Notes: generated by a model not told the origin, from the sequence alone. Positions 48,401-61,864 are shown, numbered from the stretch's first letter. The stretch is 64,000 nt of DNA from Microthyrium microscopicum (GCA_010405405.1 MU004237.1:2119345-2183344), one strand, 5' to 3'. Numbers and translations are program-made.

Positions 48401-50642
48401 GCCTAGAGGCTGCAGCCTGTACAGCAGCCACCTCCGAGCCGATCTGCTGCGCTGTATTTGGCTCGGACAAATTTGGAGTTTGAGCGCCCGAAACACTACG
48501 GTACAGTTTTCCACCAGAAGTCGCCAGAACCCGATCAGCTTGCTGCAAGGTTTCGAACACTATTCTCCAAGAAGTCTCCAGGGTTGGCCCAAGAGCAATG
48601 GCAAGATTGAGGAGTGCTCTCAAGCATAGAAGATTCCGTACATTCAGAACCACTTCGCCCGAATCAATTGATTGTCTTCGCCGTTCAGGAAGAAAGCTGC
48701 TAGCTTGATTAACGATATTATCAACTCCCAAAAAGCCGGTGGCGTTTCTTAACAGTGACGGGGTTTGAGGAGGTTGTGATCCTGCTGAAGCGATTCCTGC
48801 AGTGAGAATATTCGGTGGCATTGCGTTCTTGCCCAATGTTGTCAAGAATGCGTCTCGCGGAACCGTCATTTGCAGAATACCAGCAACTTGCGTATATTTC
48901 TGGAATGACCTAACCAGAGCTCGGTAATTTTCGGCATCCAGCGCGGCATGAAAGAAAGTGGAATAAGTCGCAAGAATTGCATGCCAGGTCTTATCGATCA
49001 AGTCCGCTGCTGCTTTGATATGTTGAAAGGCAGGATGGTCTGTAAGGTCCATGGGATTGACAGAATTTGATTTCTTCCGTAGATGTCTTGCTTTTGGTGT
49101 TTCTGGATCCAAATTCGCAGCGTCCACTTCGCTCAATTTTTCAGCTTCATCGTCTTTAGAGGCCTTTCCTCGTCTTCTTAACTTCTCGTTACCAACCATG
49201 GTCAATGGCAAAATGAACTTTGCGAGGCTCTCAGCCAGATTGTTTAGAGAAACGAGAACCAGTCCATATATGTATGTTTCTGGCGAGCTAGGTGGCTCTG
49301 TCTTGTCCAACTGCTCAATGCATGGAGTTCGAACAGCATTGAACTGTGTACTAATTCCAGGTACAGCAGACGTGGGTACACCTGCAGAACCTCCTGTTGA
49401 CATAAGAGTATCTTGGTTGTCACCACTCTCACGTTGGAAATAATGACCAATGGGGACGGAGGATTGTTGTCCTAGGCCAATAAGTGCAGGCTTTTCGGTT
49501 GCAAGTCGAACAAATGATGCCAGACAGTCAGAAATAATGGGCTTTTGATCCTTTCCTCCGTGGAACTTTTGATATATATCCAAGACAAGGCTCGCATCCG
49601 TGTAGATTTCTCGAAAAACTTCCATACATAGAATTCTTTTCCATGGAGCAGTACCATCTTGATCGAGTCCATGGTTGAGCCATTGCAAAATTGTTTCTGT
49701 ATCTTCTGGGAATAAAGCTAGATGATTTTTGATTATCAAGTAGAGTAGTCGCATAACCCTGACTGTAACCGGAAACACCGACTTCTCAGAGAAGCTTTTG
49801 ATAAGATAGGGAATAAGCAGTGATTTCACGAGATGGGCTTGTTCTGGATGAGTGTTGATTGCTTCTGGATAGCTGGTAAATATTGACTCAATCAGCTCCA
49901 ATAGAGCCGGCTCGGAAGTTGCAGAGAAACGGACATAATGAGGTTTGTCGCCTCCAACTAGAGCACACAAATCATGAAAGATTCTGTACGCATCAAAAGC
50001 TACTGTGCGTACGGCCAGTTTGCCGTCTTCAACTTGAACTTCTGAAGATGTGGGGATTTCCAAGGCTCGACCTTGAGTCTGTTAGTTTATTCACATCAGA
50101 TGCTTTGGTAACTTACGGTCCTCAGATGCTAACTTCTCGTAAAGTGAAGCAAACAATTGCTGTAGTGTCGCTGCTGCTGTGCCACTAACGGCTGGTGTCT
50201 TGGATGATTGCAATGTCGAGCATATCTGAATAACAGTGAAAAATGAGGCACCGTTGATCTGGTCTGCATAATTCTGCAGTAATGAAGGCAAAGTCTGAAG
50301 GATCTTGAGCTGGATATCAAGACCTAAGTTTGTACACTCCGTTATGGCGTCGAGGACATCTTTCAGTCTTGCTTTGGGAAGTGCATGAGCAGCTGTAAGC
50401 CTCTGCAGGCATGCCATTCCAGTAGCGGCATACTTGGAGTTTTTGGAACTACACGCAATCAGAAATGGTGCTATAAATTGTGATCTTCTTGAAAGATCAG
50501 CCGCAATTTGTTGCTCTGATGTATTTGGCAGAACTTTAAGCTCCTGTAGAGATGTCTCTGCGGCATTCCGAAGGTCTTGATTCTTTCGCTTGCTGTCCTG
50601 TATGAGGGTAGTAAGTTCTGAGGCAAGAATTTGAGAAGTCAT
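45496..50642 (-). CDS. MON2: Mon2 (Arf-GEF-like endosomal/Golgi protein), three exons
   Basis: MTSQILASELTTLIQDSKRKNQDLRNAAE; LGLDIQLKILQTLPSLLQNY; PRDAFLTTLGK; RSAFGSLQLICSDFL; AYIADQPLRG. Confidence 0.93.
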
Positions 50643-51193
50643 GCTTCAGTCTTCCAACTCTTTCAGTTTGACATCAACAATCCAGGCTAGGTATCGTGGT
50701 AGCTTTTTCGGCAAGCAGAGACCTGGACGCGCACGAGGCTACACGACAGACATGACAACTGGTCTTTTGATATTAGTGGTAGGCGCGGTTCATTTGGTAA
50801 ACCGCGTCGAATGCTGCTGACAGTTAGTGACTCTGAGAGCAATTGGGTCATGAAGTACTCTTCGATTGTTCGTAGAGTCAATATGTCGCATGTCGACGAT
50901 TTCCATGGTGTTGTAAAGCAGATGGAGTTGATTCATACTAACGTCGGATGCACCTTCCGTTTACAGCCGCTGTCGCGTGGTGTTTGCTTTTTGGTGGCTC
51001 CTTCCTTTTGAGGCCGCCCATTTGGCCTTATCCTCAGTCGTTCCTTCCTTGTCATCTTTGGGTAATCACTCGCCCGACCAGTTTCAGTTCTCCTTCAGCC
51101 TTCAAGTCTCACACAGCACCCTTCTCCGCTGGAATTCTCCAAGTTGTTGACAGTTCTGACTGGCAGCTATTCTCCTCATCGAATCCCATAATC

Positions 51194-51814
51194 ATGTCCG
51201 CCAAAGTTCCCCGCAATTTCCGGTTACTGGAAGAGTTGGAAAAGGGCGAGAAAGGCCTTGGCGCTGGCAAGTCTTGTCTATAAACACTCCAGAAAGTCAT
51301 GCTAATTACTCCTCAGATGCATGCTCCTATGGCTTGGAAGATGGTGACGATTTGCTCATGACGAACTGGAACGGCACCATCCTCGGACCTCCCCACGTAC
51401 GACCCTCAACTCGGCCTCTCACTCCTCACATTTACAAGGCTGACATGTTCGTAGAGCAGCTACGAGAATCGCATATACAGCTTGAAGATCAGCTGCGGTC
51501 CAAACTATCCTGATACTCCTCCTGAAGTCAGCTTCGTCACGCGCGTCAACATACCATGCGTTGACAAGAACGGTCGTGTTAGTAGATGGCCGGCTGGGTG
51601 ATATACATTGCTAAGATCCGATCTAGGTTGATCCAACCAAACTTCCATGTCTTGTACAATGGAAGCGGGAGTTCACAATGGAGACCATCCTGATTGAGCT
51701 TCGAAGGTACGATACCAGAACTCCTAAAGCACAGCCCGCTCACTCGACCCCAGGTACATGGCCCTACCACAGAATAAGAAACTCCCACAGCCTGCCGAAG
51801 GCACTTCCTACTAA
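51194..51814 (+). CDS. MMS2: Ubiquitin-conjugating enzyme variant Mms2/UEV1, five exons
   Basis: MSAKVPRNFRLLEELEKGEKG; CSYGLEDGDDLLMTNWNGTILGPPH; ENRIYSL; METILIELRR; KKLPQPAEG. Introns 51267-51316 (GC-AG), 51397-51454, 51578-51626, 51707-51753. Confidence 0.95.
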
Positions 51815-52599
51815 AAGCGATGAGTTCAATCATCTCTCACTTATCCAGCATCGATACCAATGAGCGTTTGCATTGATTACAAATGCTTCTGCACATATTG
51901 GGGCGTAGACGTGGAAGCTCCGGCCTCTATGGTGTCTCAAATACAATCGCTTTGAGACAAACGCCTGGATGGATCTTACGGAGAACCAATATCCAATTGC
52001 TACCGGGGTCAATTTGTGGAATGACTACAAGAAGAGCTCTGAGAAGAGCACGACTGCGATGTTTATGTGCTATGATATCCATTCACACTGCTTAGCATAC
52101 CTAAACTAAATGTATATCTACATGAGCGTTTTCAACTCTAGGTTTAATCGAGTTCTACAAGCTGAAAGGTGCGGACATATCGAGAGTTGACTTACTCTAC
52201 TCCACCCCATAGTGAGCCATTGAGAAGGCAACGGGTACAAAAGCTTCTAAGCCTCCATATGATGACGAATAATGAACCAGAACGAGTCTAGGGAGTAACA
52301 GCATTATTGATTGCGCCTCATTGCGTTTGCACAACAACAGCGAATGGTTCAATCTCTTTTTAAAGTCACGATGTGTGATGCACCTGCGCCTGCAGTGAGA
52401 GCGACTTGTGGCTTTGCAAGGCAAGCACTTTCATTTGGGGGCCATCTCAACAACTCTTGGTGGGGCAATTGTTGAGCTTCATCTTCCCACTTTTTGTCCT
52501 TTAAGCTCTCACATCGCTGTCAGCTTCTATTTCTCCCATCCCTTTTCGTTGAATTCCGTGATTGACCTTCCAGAGCTAGAATCTTGACTGGTCGGCAAC

Positions 52600-55055
52600 A
52601 TGGCGTTCTCCAAATTCACCCTCTTCCTTCTCGTCGCCCTCACCGTCTTGATCCTCCTCCCCGCGCCAGTATCCGCCTTTGGTGCTGGAAACATTGCCTC
52701 AATCTCCAAAATCGAAGGACGAAATTGGCGTCATGGAGATATCGAAGATACACTAGAAAAGATTGCATTCATTGCTGGTCGGAAGTTCTCCTCTAAGCTC
52801 ATCAAAAGAGTCTACTTTGGCAATTGGCTTCGCGACTATTCACAGGCAGTCGATGTTGGAAGTCTGAAGGGTGTCCAGAAAGATGCTATTCGGATCATTG
52901 TCTGGGTTCTTGCATTTATGAGCTTTGGCTATGCTACTGAAGAGTTTGAAGTCACCGAAGATCGACTTGGGTGCGTAGTCTACCGAATAAGTTATGGATA
53001 TCCTTCTAATCGGGGGTCAGAACGTATCAAGCTCATGAGCATATTGATAATCCAAAAGGCTATCGTGAGTTTTGCAACAACTGCTTGGATATTGATTACT
53101 AAAGTTCCCAAGCCGATGATGCCCAGAAATACGACCCACGCCTTCGGCCACCTGTGCGCCCTGAGGAAATCGCTATTGATATCAATACAGGTTTGTTCAT
53201 GGATATGATGGCGTGTGAAGCTTATTCTAAAGAATGCCAGGCATGAAAAACTACATCTCCAACGAAAGTGGCGGCTGGGCAACGAGCTCTGATTACATCA
53301 AATGGAGTATCACCCGCTCCATACATTTCGGAAGACTCTATACAAGCGGACCGAATAAAGGACGCGACTCGGACCTATATGAAGCCTTGAGATGTCTTGG
53401 ACAAGCTCTTCATACATGTGAGGACTTTTCAGCCCATTCGAACTATACTGAACTAGCACTTCGCGAGATGGGCTACCACAATGTCTTCGCACATGTTGGC
53501 ACGGGCACTGAGATCACCGTACGAGGAAAGAGAATATTTCCTCTCACTACCGGGACGTTTGGAGGGCTCGACTTTGTGATATCTGTTCTTGGAGAAGCCG
53601 GTGATCATATGGCCCAATCAGAAGTTGATGAAGTCAATACCGCTTTGTACGATGCTGTTGCTCAAAACAAAAAGTCGACCGGACCAGGGAGTCTCGAGGG
53701 CCTCACTGGTGTTTTGTCCAAAGTTCCAGGTACCGACGGTCTGATAAATGAGGCTCGTCAGCTACAACAAGAGTCGGACAGCCAAGCTCAATTCAATACG
53801 AGTCGTGCAGCACCCACCCAAGCACAATCTTTCCAAGGTCCTCCTGGATCTACTGGAGGACCACCAGGCCCCGGTATTCCAGGAATGACAATGGATCCAC
53901 AACAAGTGATCGCAAAGATCTACCCCATACTAGTTTTCAGGTCAGTGACTCTGAACTACTTGAGCCCCACAGCAATGGGCTAGTAATCGCATTTACTAAT
54001 TCCACTTCAGAGACAAAGTAGTTCGTGCCGTATCTGACATAATATCGAAGGTACCCGGTCTAGAATCACTTCTCGAAACCATCTCAGAGCGTATCACAAT
54101 GTTCGTAATGGCTTTAATCGCCCCGTTTGTCCAACCCATAATCAAGGCTGTCACCGCATCCTTGAAGACGGGAAATAATGCCGTAATTGAAAGCTCAAAT
54201 GCCACTCAGTACGAAGTCTGGAACGACGCTCGATGCTCCGACCCCACCCACTCCATGCTGAGTAAAGACCATTTCTCTAACATACTCAACGAGCCCGCCG
54301 GCAAAATCGCGTCGGAAGTCGTCTCATACGTCGCTCCACGAGTCGTCTATGGGTGGGAGCATCCCGACGTACCTGTGCACGAAATCACCGACGATGTCGT
54401 TCGCGTATTCCACCACCCGGCACTCCGTGATCAAAACATAGATGTTCACCGCCGAATGTACTCTGTTGTTGAGACTTGGGCGCGCGCCTATCAGGGAGAT
54501 CTCAATAATGTGCTCGGCTCTGAAAGCGTCAAGCAAGGCCGCAACCATGTTGGCGGACAAAACCCACATACCCATGGTGCAGCGGGCACAAGCTCTCATT
54601 CAAAAGTTTCGAATTCGCCGTTTGAGATGTTCAACAAGAAGCGTGATATGGGCTTTGCGGATGACATGGGCGACTCGGGCTATGGTTCTGGTGCGACTTC
54701 ACAGTATGGAGGCCAGCAACAGCAGCAGTATGGCGGTCAGCAGGAAGGTTATGGTTCAGGATATCCCCAACAACAGCAGCAAGGCTATGGCGGGTGAGTT
54801 ACAGCAGACGCATTGGTCTTGGAGAGTTGCAATGCTAACAGACTTCGCAGTCAACCTGCCTATGGCGCGCCACAGCAGCAAAATGATCCGTATGCTTATA
54901 GCATAGGCACGAGCTATGAGTCTGGCGACTACGATGGATATCAACAGCGTCCTGGACAACAGGGTCAAGGTCAATATGGCGGACAACAGCAACAACCTCC
55001 ACCGGGTGGATATCCTGGCCAACAAGGACCTCCGTATGGTGGAAACTATCGGTAG
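52600..55055 (+). CDS. Het-C family protein with signal peptide and Gly/Gln/Tyr-rich tail, multi-exon
   Basis: AFGAGNIASISKIEGRNWRHGDIED; RVYFGNWLRDYSQAVDVG; GQALHTCEDFSAHSNYTEL; DPTHSMLSKDHFSNILNEPAG. Confidence 0.93.
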
Positions 55056-55422
55056 TTTAGGACTCGGTGGGGAAAATTGATGATGGATGATTATCTGTAG
55101 AAAGGCTGGTCTCAGTCGCTGGGGCATGTGTTGTAGCCAGATATGTTGTTCTGGGTAATTCAGATTGCACGTCCAGTGCTTCTACCATTACATCCATCGC
55201 AGTCCTTGCTCTCTTGTTGTGAACAAGTCTACTTTCGCGATAGCTCGTAATCCAGAGTTTTCCGGCTTCCTTGTCTCGTTTGAAACAGTGACAACGAGCA
55301 GCAGCTTATTTATAATTCCCTGAAGTTGTCCATGTCCAGCTCCACATCCACCACCCACGCATAACATAACATAACATTTCATATCAACACATTAATCATT
55401 ATTCCCTCACACGCCACAGCTC

Positions 55423-55956
55423 TCAACCTAATCCCAATTAGCACATCTCCTCTTCAACAAGTCTCGTCACCTACAATCCAGATAATCTGCCGCCAACGCC
55501 AACTCCAAACTGACTTCCGGCGCAATCTCCAGATCCGGCACATTCGTCATCCCCTGATACCGGTCTTTGTAATATAAGTATTCGCATACTTTCTCTAGTA
55601 CTGTGCCACTGTATATCTCGTTAGTGGTAATTCCCAGGTCCATATAGGTGCCCGTATATGTTTTCGGGGCACTCGCGCGGTGAGGTTATGGGGAGTGTTG
55701 GAGGTGGGTACGAACGAGATATTTTCAAAGTGACATACGCCTGTCACTGATTCTTTGAAACCGCCTATACACAAATTAGCATGGTCGACTTATAGAGGGT
55801 GTCTGGGGAGGTTTTACTTTTTGGATCAAGCATGCGCCGGATCGTGCCAGACAGGTTTGCGGAGCTGCGGAGGATGTGGAAGGTAAATTCGTCATGCGAG
55901 ATGAGCGTGACCCATTCGCTGAGCGGTTGTTGCGGTTCTTTCTCCATCATTGTCAT
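55423..55956 (-). CDS. ELC1: Elongin C, multi-exon
   Basis: WVTLISHDEFTFHILRSSANLSGTIRRMLDP; GTVLEKVCEYLYY; VPDLEIAPEVSLELALAADYLD. Confidence 0.92.
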
Positions 55957-56165
55957 TTTTGCGCGATGAGATATGTGTTTTGAGAAGTGGAGGTTTATGA
56001 GGTTGGCAGACGCGGTTGGTTGGTTTGGTGGCGTGCATCTTGGTGGGATATAAAAACGCGCGATCACGAGGGAGCGCGTTTATGAGTTAGAGGTCTCTTC
56101 TTTTCTTCCATGAGTCAATTGAGACATATATCTCGAAAATGACTATATATCTCTCATAAACTACA

Positions 56166-57231
56166 ATGCCACGGCCCATAAATGTTCTTTTGACAGGCGG
56201 GACTGGCGGCCTTGGCCGTGCCATCGCCCATACTTTCGCCGCCCAACGCAGTATTCCCTTCCACATCACGCTCCTTGGACGCAACGAAGACAGGCTCAGG
56301 AATGCAATTGCCGATCTACCGAAACGTCATGGCGGTTCGACACGAGTTCATGCCTATCATGTAGGCGACATCACGGCCCAGACCTTCTGGCGCAACATCC
56401 CATGGAGCTCCAATTCCAATGGCGCAGATGAGGGCAATTCGGTGCAAGTTCCAACAGTCCTAGTCAATGCTGCAGGCGTAGTGCATCGCTCGCTACTACC
56501 CCAGCAGACTGAGGAGCAGGTACAGGAAACGCTGGATGTGAATCTCAAGGCAACGATATGGGCGTGTCAGGCATTTGCGCAGCGGGACTTGGTAAGGGCG
56601 CGCCGGAAAATCGAACTACGGGAAGAAGAGCAGGGTGGAATAGAGAAGGTTGTGAAGGTCGTCACGCCAAATATCATCAATATCTCCTCTCTGCTCGGCA
56701 CACATGGAGGGTTGGGAGCTGCTGCGTACGCTGCGAGTAAAGCTGGGATTATAGGTAGGATTGCAGAAACCATACGTGGAGGGCGGCTGATGAGATGACA
56801 GGATTATCGCGCGCACTTGCGGCAGAGTATGGACGATTGGGTATTCGAGTGAATACGTTAGTTCCCGGCTACATTGATGCGGGTATGGCAGAGACAGGTA
56901 CGTTTTTTCTGTTTACAGAACTCATTCATTAGTGATGTTAGTGATACAAGTAATATCTCAAGTCCGAGGATGTGTCAACCCAAAGCCCCTCATGTCTAGA
57001 ATCCAAGAACCAATGAGTCCAAAGGGGTGGTTTGGTTTGATGAATGTCTAATGCTAATAATGTACAGAAAGTGCCGAAGCACTGAAAAGAATCCGGGGTA
57101 TCGTGCCGTTAAAACGCCTAGGAACTGCCCAAGAAGTTGCCGATGCTGCCATGTTCCTCGCACTGAACGACTATGCCAACAATTGTGTGCTCAATCTCGA
57201 CGGTGGACTCGGTGCTACTGCTGGCTCATGA
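56166..57231 (+). CDS. Short-chain dehydrogenase/reductase, 3-oxoacyl-ACP reductase-like, three exons
   Basis: TGGTGGLG; VLVNAAG; NISS..YAASKAG; IRVNTLVPGYI; NDYANNCVLNLDGG. Confidence 0.88.
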
Positions 57232-57275
57232 AATCCAACCAGCGTAGAGGAATCTAGCCAGGGTAAAGGACTGGT

Positions 57276-59060
57276 TTAGTCGATGACGATTGGACCATCG
57301 TCCACAGCGACTGGTTCGTCGTCGATAATCACTGCGTCGTCGTTTGTTTTCACTCTGACGGCAGGGCGAGCTGGAAGATCGCCGGATGCGGCACGTTTGC
57401 GGTGACTGGTACCATTAGACTGTCCATTAGTGTGTCCATTAGGCTGTTCAATGGCAAGTGGTGCTTCTGGCTTCTTGTCTGGGATGGTGATGGAGGTTAA
57501 GGAAACCGGGTTCATGTCGGCATCAGAGGCCTCCTCGATAGTGAGGACTAGGTCTTCCTTGCCATCGGTCTGTACAGTGATGAAAGATGTGAGTTCAAGC
57601 TCGATGAGAGTTTTTGGCAACATGTCTTCGAAATCCTCATCGTCCGTCTCAAAAAGGACCTGACTGTTGGCCAAAAGACTGAGATCTTCGTATCCCAAGG
57701 TGGATTGAAGAGCGGAAACAAGATCTTGTAGAGTGGCTTCCTTCTTGATCATGGCAGAAGTACGAAGAACGCTGCAGGTTTGACATTTGGGATTGGGTCC
57801 TTCGAAATGAGAGAGCATCATGCGATCCGTAGACTGGAACATGGCAAGCTGCTTCGCCTGTTTGTATTCTTGGCTGAGAACTTTGAAGGCCTGAAGGACA
57901 CAAGCTCCGGCAATGATAGCATTGGTAGTGGCAATGGCAGGAATGATGTTACCAGCCATCTGCTTAATGTCGAATTTTGACTTTGGGTCAATACCAAAGA
58001 TGTATGATCTCAAGTTTGCTGCTGCAGCCACAAAATCCAGGGTGTCTTCATCGTCTTTGTCAAAGTCTAGACTCTCCTTTTTGCTTACGGCCCGATCCGT
58101 CAGTCTCCGAATACTGTCTTGCAACACGGCGAAGCATTCTTTCACAGTCCAGGTCTTTTGATCTTGCGAGGCCTCCTCTGCTCCTGACTTGGACTTGTCT
58201 GCGTTCAAGCCTTGGTAATCCAGCGGCTGTGGAGCTGGGCGCTGTTTACTCCAGCGCTCTTTGATCGATCCCAGAGTCTCAATGTCTGAGGTGAAGACCT
58301 TCTGAAAGAGAAGCTCGGCAAAGCTATCAGTGCCGATCGACTTTCGGATTTTTTGCAGGGCCGCAGTCTCCTTTTTGATATCATCCAGCTCATCCTTATC
58401 ATTCTCGTCTGCTTCATAATCCAACTCTTTCACGTCATCTGAGCCCTCACCGAATATTTCCGTAAACAAATAGCTTTTGGCCCAAACAATGCAATGAATA
58501 GGTTGAGATGGTGTGCTTCGGATGGTGCAGACTGGAAAAGATTTCGGCGTCTCTCTTTCCGTGCAATCGTAACATGGAGTAATGCCCTTCTTGATAACAG
58601 ACGCTTGTCCTCGGAAACCAGTAGTACCACTTTCCACCAGCGGAATGTCCAGGGCAATGCACACAGTATTCACATATCGCCGCGCGTCCATATTGTCTAG
58701 CGCATTGAATACGATGTCGAACTGTCGGAACCAAGCTTTTGAGAATTGTGAATCCTTGATGTTGCCATGGTAGGCTTTGATGACGACAGATGGATTGAAT
58801 CTGGAGGCTACTTTTTGAGCCACGATGGCTTTTGACTGTTTGATGTGTTCATTTCGAAAAAGGAATTGCCGGTTGAGGTTGGAGAGGTCGATGGTATCCA
58901 GGTCAACAACATGTATTTCGCCAAAGTTCATGAGCACGAGATTTTTCAAAAGCTCGCAACCAATTCCTCCAGCTCCAACCATCAAGACTTTTGACTTGGC
59001 GACGAGGCCGGAGAGGTTCTTGCCAAGGGACTGGCGCGCGTATGTATCGCGAATCGCCAT
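57276..59060 (-). CDS. UBA2: SUMO-activating enzyme E1 subunit Uba2
   Basis: VLMVGAGGIGCELLKNL; DTIDLSNLNRQFLF; CYDC..KSFPVCTIRSTPSQPIHCIVWAK; MAGNIIPAIATTNA. Confidence 0.96.
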   Translation of the reverse strand: MAIRDTYARQSLGKNLSGLVAKSKVLMVGAGGIGCELLKNLVLMNFGEIHVVDLDTIDLSNLNRQFLFRNEHIKQSKAIVAQKVASRFNPSVVIKAYHGNIKDSQFSKAWFRQFDIVFNALDNMDARRYVNTVCIALDIPLVESGTTGFRGQASVIKKGITPCYDCTERETPKSFPVCTIRSTPSQPIHCIVWAKSYLFTEIFGEGSDDVKELDYEADENDKDELDDIKKETAALQKIRKSIGTDSFAELLFQKVFTSDIETLGSIKERWSKQRPAPQPLDYQGLNADKSKSGAEEASQDQKTWTVKECFAVLQDSIRRLTDRAVSKKESLDFDKDDEDTLDFVAAAANLRSYIFGIDPKSKFDIKQMAGNIIPAIATTNAIIAGACVLQAFKVLSQEYKQAKQLAMFQSTDRMMLSHFEGPNPKCQTCSVLRTSAMIKKEATLQDLVSALQSTLGYEDLSLLANSQVLFETDDEDFEDMLPKTLIELELTSFITVQTDGKEDLVLTIEEASDADMNPVSLTSITIPDKKPEAPLAIEQPNGHTNGQSNGTSHRKRAASGDLPARPAVRVKTNDDAVIIDDEPVAVDDGPIVID

Positions 59061-59599
59061 GGTTGCGCAACTTGTACAGGATTGAGGGCGCAGATACGGA
59101 ATGGGAGTGGTTCTTGGGCGTGGAGAGTGCGGTTTATAAGACGAGGACAGAGCGAGGAGTGCAGGGAGGTGGATAGGTAGGAGTAGGCTGAGAGGGACTC
59201 AGGAAGGGTGAGACGAAAGCATCAGAGATTGAAGCTCAAGCGGTCAAGTGTAAACAGTAACAAAAGGCAGACGCGCGAGATTAGTCAAAAGTTCCTTCCC
59301 CAAGAATCAGTCAGGCAAGTACAGAGGACTGCAGATGGAAGTCGCGAATGCGTCGTCGCTCTTTCCACTGTCGTGGTGTCCAATCCGAACAGCTAGATCT
59401 GGATTACTAAGCCAACCACGCGAGGCACTAACGACGCGATCTCTTTTCCTCCAACTCATTTTTATATTCGACTATCAAAATCTCCGACAAGCCCGCTCAC
59501 AGCCGTTTGAGGCTTGCAAGTCAGCGACAGTAGTTGTATTCGCGCATACAGAGGCCTGGCTTGCAGACATACACAAGTACCGGCCCGTATTACACAACG

Positions 59600-61133
59600 A
59601 TGCCCGACTACTTGATTCGACTTGCTCAGGCGCATGAAACATTTCGAAAGCCTGAGCTAGAATCTTTGGCTGAGTTGCTTGATATTCGCCTTGAATTCTT
59701 AGAATATTCTCCGGATGTAAGAAAATAGCGCCTTGTACTTGATTCAACATATGATAACCTTTATACGCACTTTCTTCTTGGAACTAATACAACGCAGTCA
59801 CCACATTGCCTTGTACGGCTGGAATCACTGAAGGATGCGGAAAAACTGATCACAAGATCTATCCTTACTGACTCTATATGCGAGTTATGGGGTCAAGGCT
59901 CTGACTATGCCTCCCTACACGCTGATGTAAAAGAGCGTACAACCCACAGATGGCCAGACTTTCTACACGCATCCTTCCGCTTCTCGGTCTTTGGATACCA
60001 AGGCAAACGAGATACCAAATCCCACTCCAGCATCATAGACTCATTTTCCTACATGGGCTTTCTCGGCCCCATCCGCATGAAGAATGCCGACCACGAATTC
60101 ATCGTCTTTGAAGAATATGGCATCCGCGAGCCTGAGCCCAAACGCATCTTCCTAGGCCGTCTTGTAGCTCGCGGATCACGCCCAGTAGTCTCCAAATATG
60201 ATTTGAAAAAGCGGTCGTACATAAGCACCACGTCCATGGATGCCGAGCTAGCACTGATTACTGCCAACATTGCCAAAGCTAGTGCAGGAAAGCTCTTCTA
60301 CGATCCGTTTATGGGGACTGGCGGATTTCCGATTGCTTGTGCGCACTTTGGGGCTATGTGTATTGGTAGTGACATTGATGGCCGCACAGTGCGTGCGACT
60401 CCGGATAGAAATCCGTTGACTAATTTCAAGCAATATGGACTGATGTCTTACTGCTTGGACAACTTTGTGTCTGATCTGACGAACTCGCCTCTGAAGTGTG
60501 AGCGGTGGTTAGATGGGATTGTTTGTGACCCGCCGTATGGCGTTCGAGAGGGTTTGAAGGTCCTTGGATCGAGGACGGGATTACATAAACTGGTGATCTT
60601 TGAAGATGGAACTCCAGCACATCTGTGAGTTGTTTGGTGATTATGCTTTTGATGTGTCTAATGGATGTAGGGCTCCTGGTTTCATTGCTCCAAAAAGACC
60701 ATATAGTTTCGATGCAATGCTAGATGACATTCTTCACTTTGCAGCGTGTATGCTTGTGGATAATGGTCGTCTATCAATGTGGATGCCAACAGCGACTGAT
60801 GAAGATATCGCACTTTCAATACCTCAGAATGAGCATCTTGAGTTGTTGTCTTCTTGCATACAGACATTCAACAAATGTAAGTCAAGGCCCGACAAATGCA
60901 TTGGCAGAGTCTAACTCAGTTCAGGGTCGAGACGATTGTTGACATATCGCCGGCTACCGGGCAGTGTTACTGGACCTGTTATGCCACGACCAGACAAAGA
61001 ATACGTCAATGGAAGCACTGCTGATGATCTCAATAACTTTCGGAAGATGGTTTGTTCTTCTACAACTTTCCCAAGCATTTGCTAACTTCGACAGTATTTT
61101 GAAGGATTTCGAGACAAATCATCCAAAGGATAA
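59600..61133 (+). CDS. TRM11: tRNA (guanine-10-N2) methyltransferase, multi-exon
   Basis: YLIRLAQAHETFRKPELESLA; YDLKKRSYISTTSMDAELAL; YDPFMGTG; GSDIDGR; IVCDPPYGVREGLKVLG. Confidence 0.95.
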
Positions 61134-61864
61134 TAATTACCAGAGCGCTCTTAATTGTCCAAATGCCATTAGATGCCTCTCCGTGCAGTACGCAACCAAA
61201 CTCGGGCTTCTCCTCTGAAGATGAGAATGAATCTCACCGGCATACCGTTGTCACCGAACATTGGATTCAAGCTTCTCAACGGCTTGTGGGCCATCATTGA
61301 CAGTCAAACTATTCCTCGGGTCTCCGCAGCTAGCCATTGACCTCTCATGCCCAAAACGATATCATTCCTCTGAAAGGAGGAGCTTGCCAGATGCGGACCT
61401 CGGGATTTATCGGATCGGTCGTTTCAACTTCTATCACAGGAAGGCCTCCTGGACGCTGTCGCAATGGCAGGCTGTTGCCTCAATGAGTAAACGTTGGAGG
61501 ATATTCAAGCATTGTTCCTTCTTCTTAAAGTATCAACTCTTGTGCTAGACAATTCCTCAAACGCGCTAGCTAACACTAGGTATCCTCGATCATCTTCGTG
61601 AATGAGCTTTCTTGCCAAATGACTGCCTGTCTTGTCTGGACATCATCACCTGAGGTGTCAAGTGCTGAGATGAGGCCGAGGAACTCATCCCAACGAAGTA
61701 GTCATGCAGCAATCGACCTCTTTTACGCGTCTATAAAGTCTCATCCACCGCCATCATTTCAACCTCTTCTTCTTCCACACCACTCTCACGACCATAAACT
61801 TCAATCACTTCAATATCAGACAAAACCACTTACCCAACTCCACCAACCTCATCAAGCATCCAAA

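Noticed and set aside
56898..57068. Box C/D snoRNA in the relatively long SDR intron
   Set aside because: Only an imperfect C box (AGTGATGT) and no terminal CTGA D box or closing stem.
51194..59060. Ubiquitin/SUMO functional cluster (MMS2, ELC1, UBA2) serving the F-box-like array
   Set aside because: These housekeeping genes act in different pathways, are interspersed with unrelated genes and lie 20 kb or more from the array. No evidence beyond proximity.
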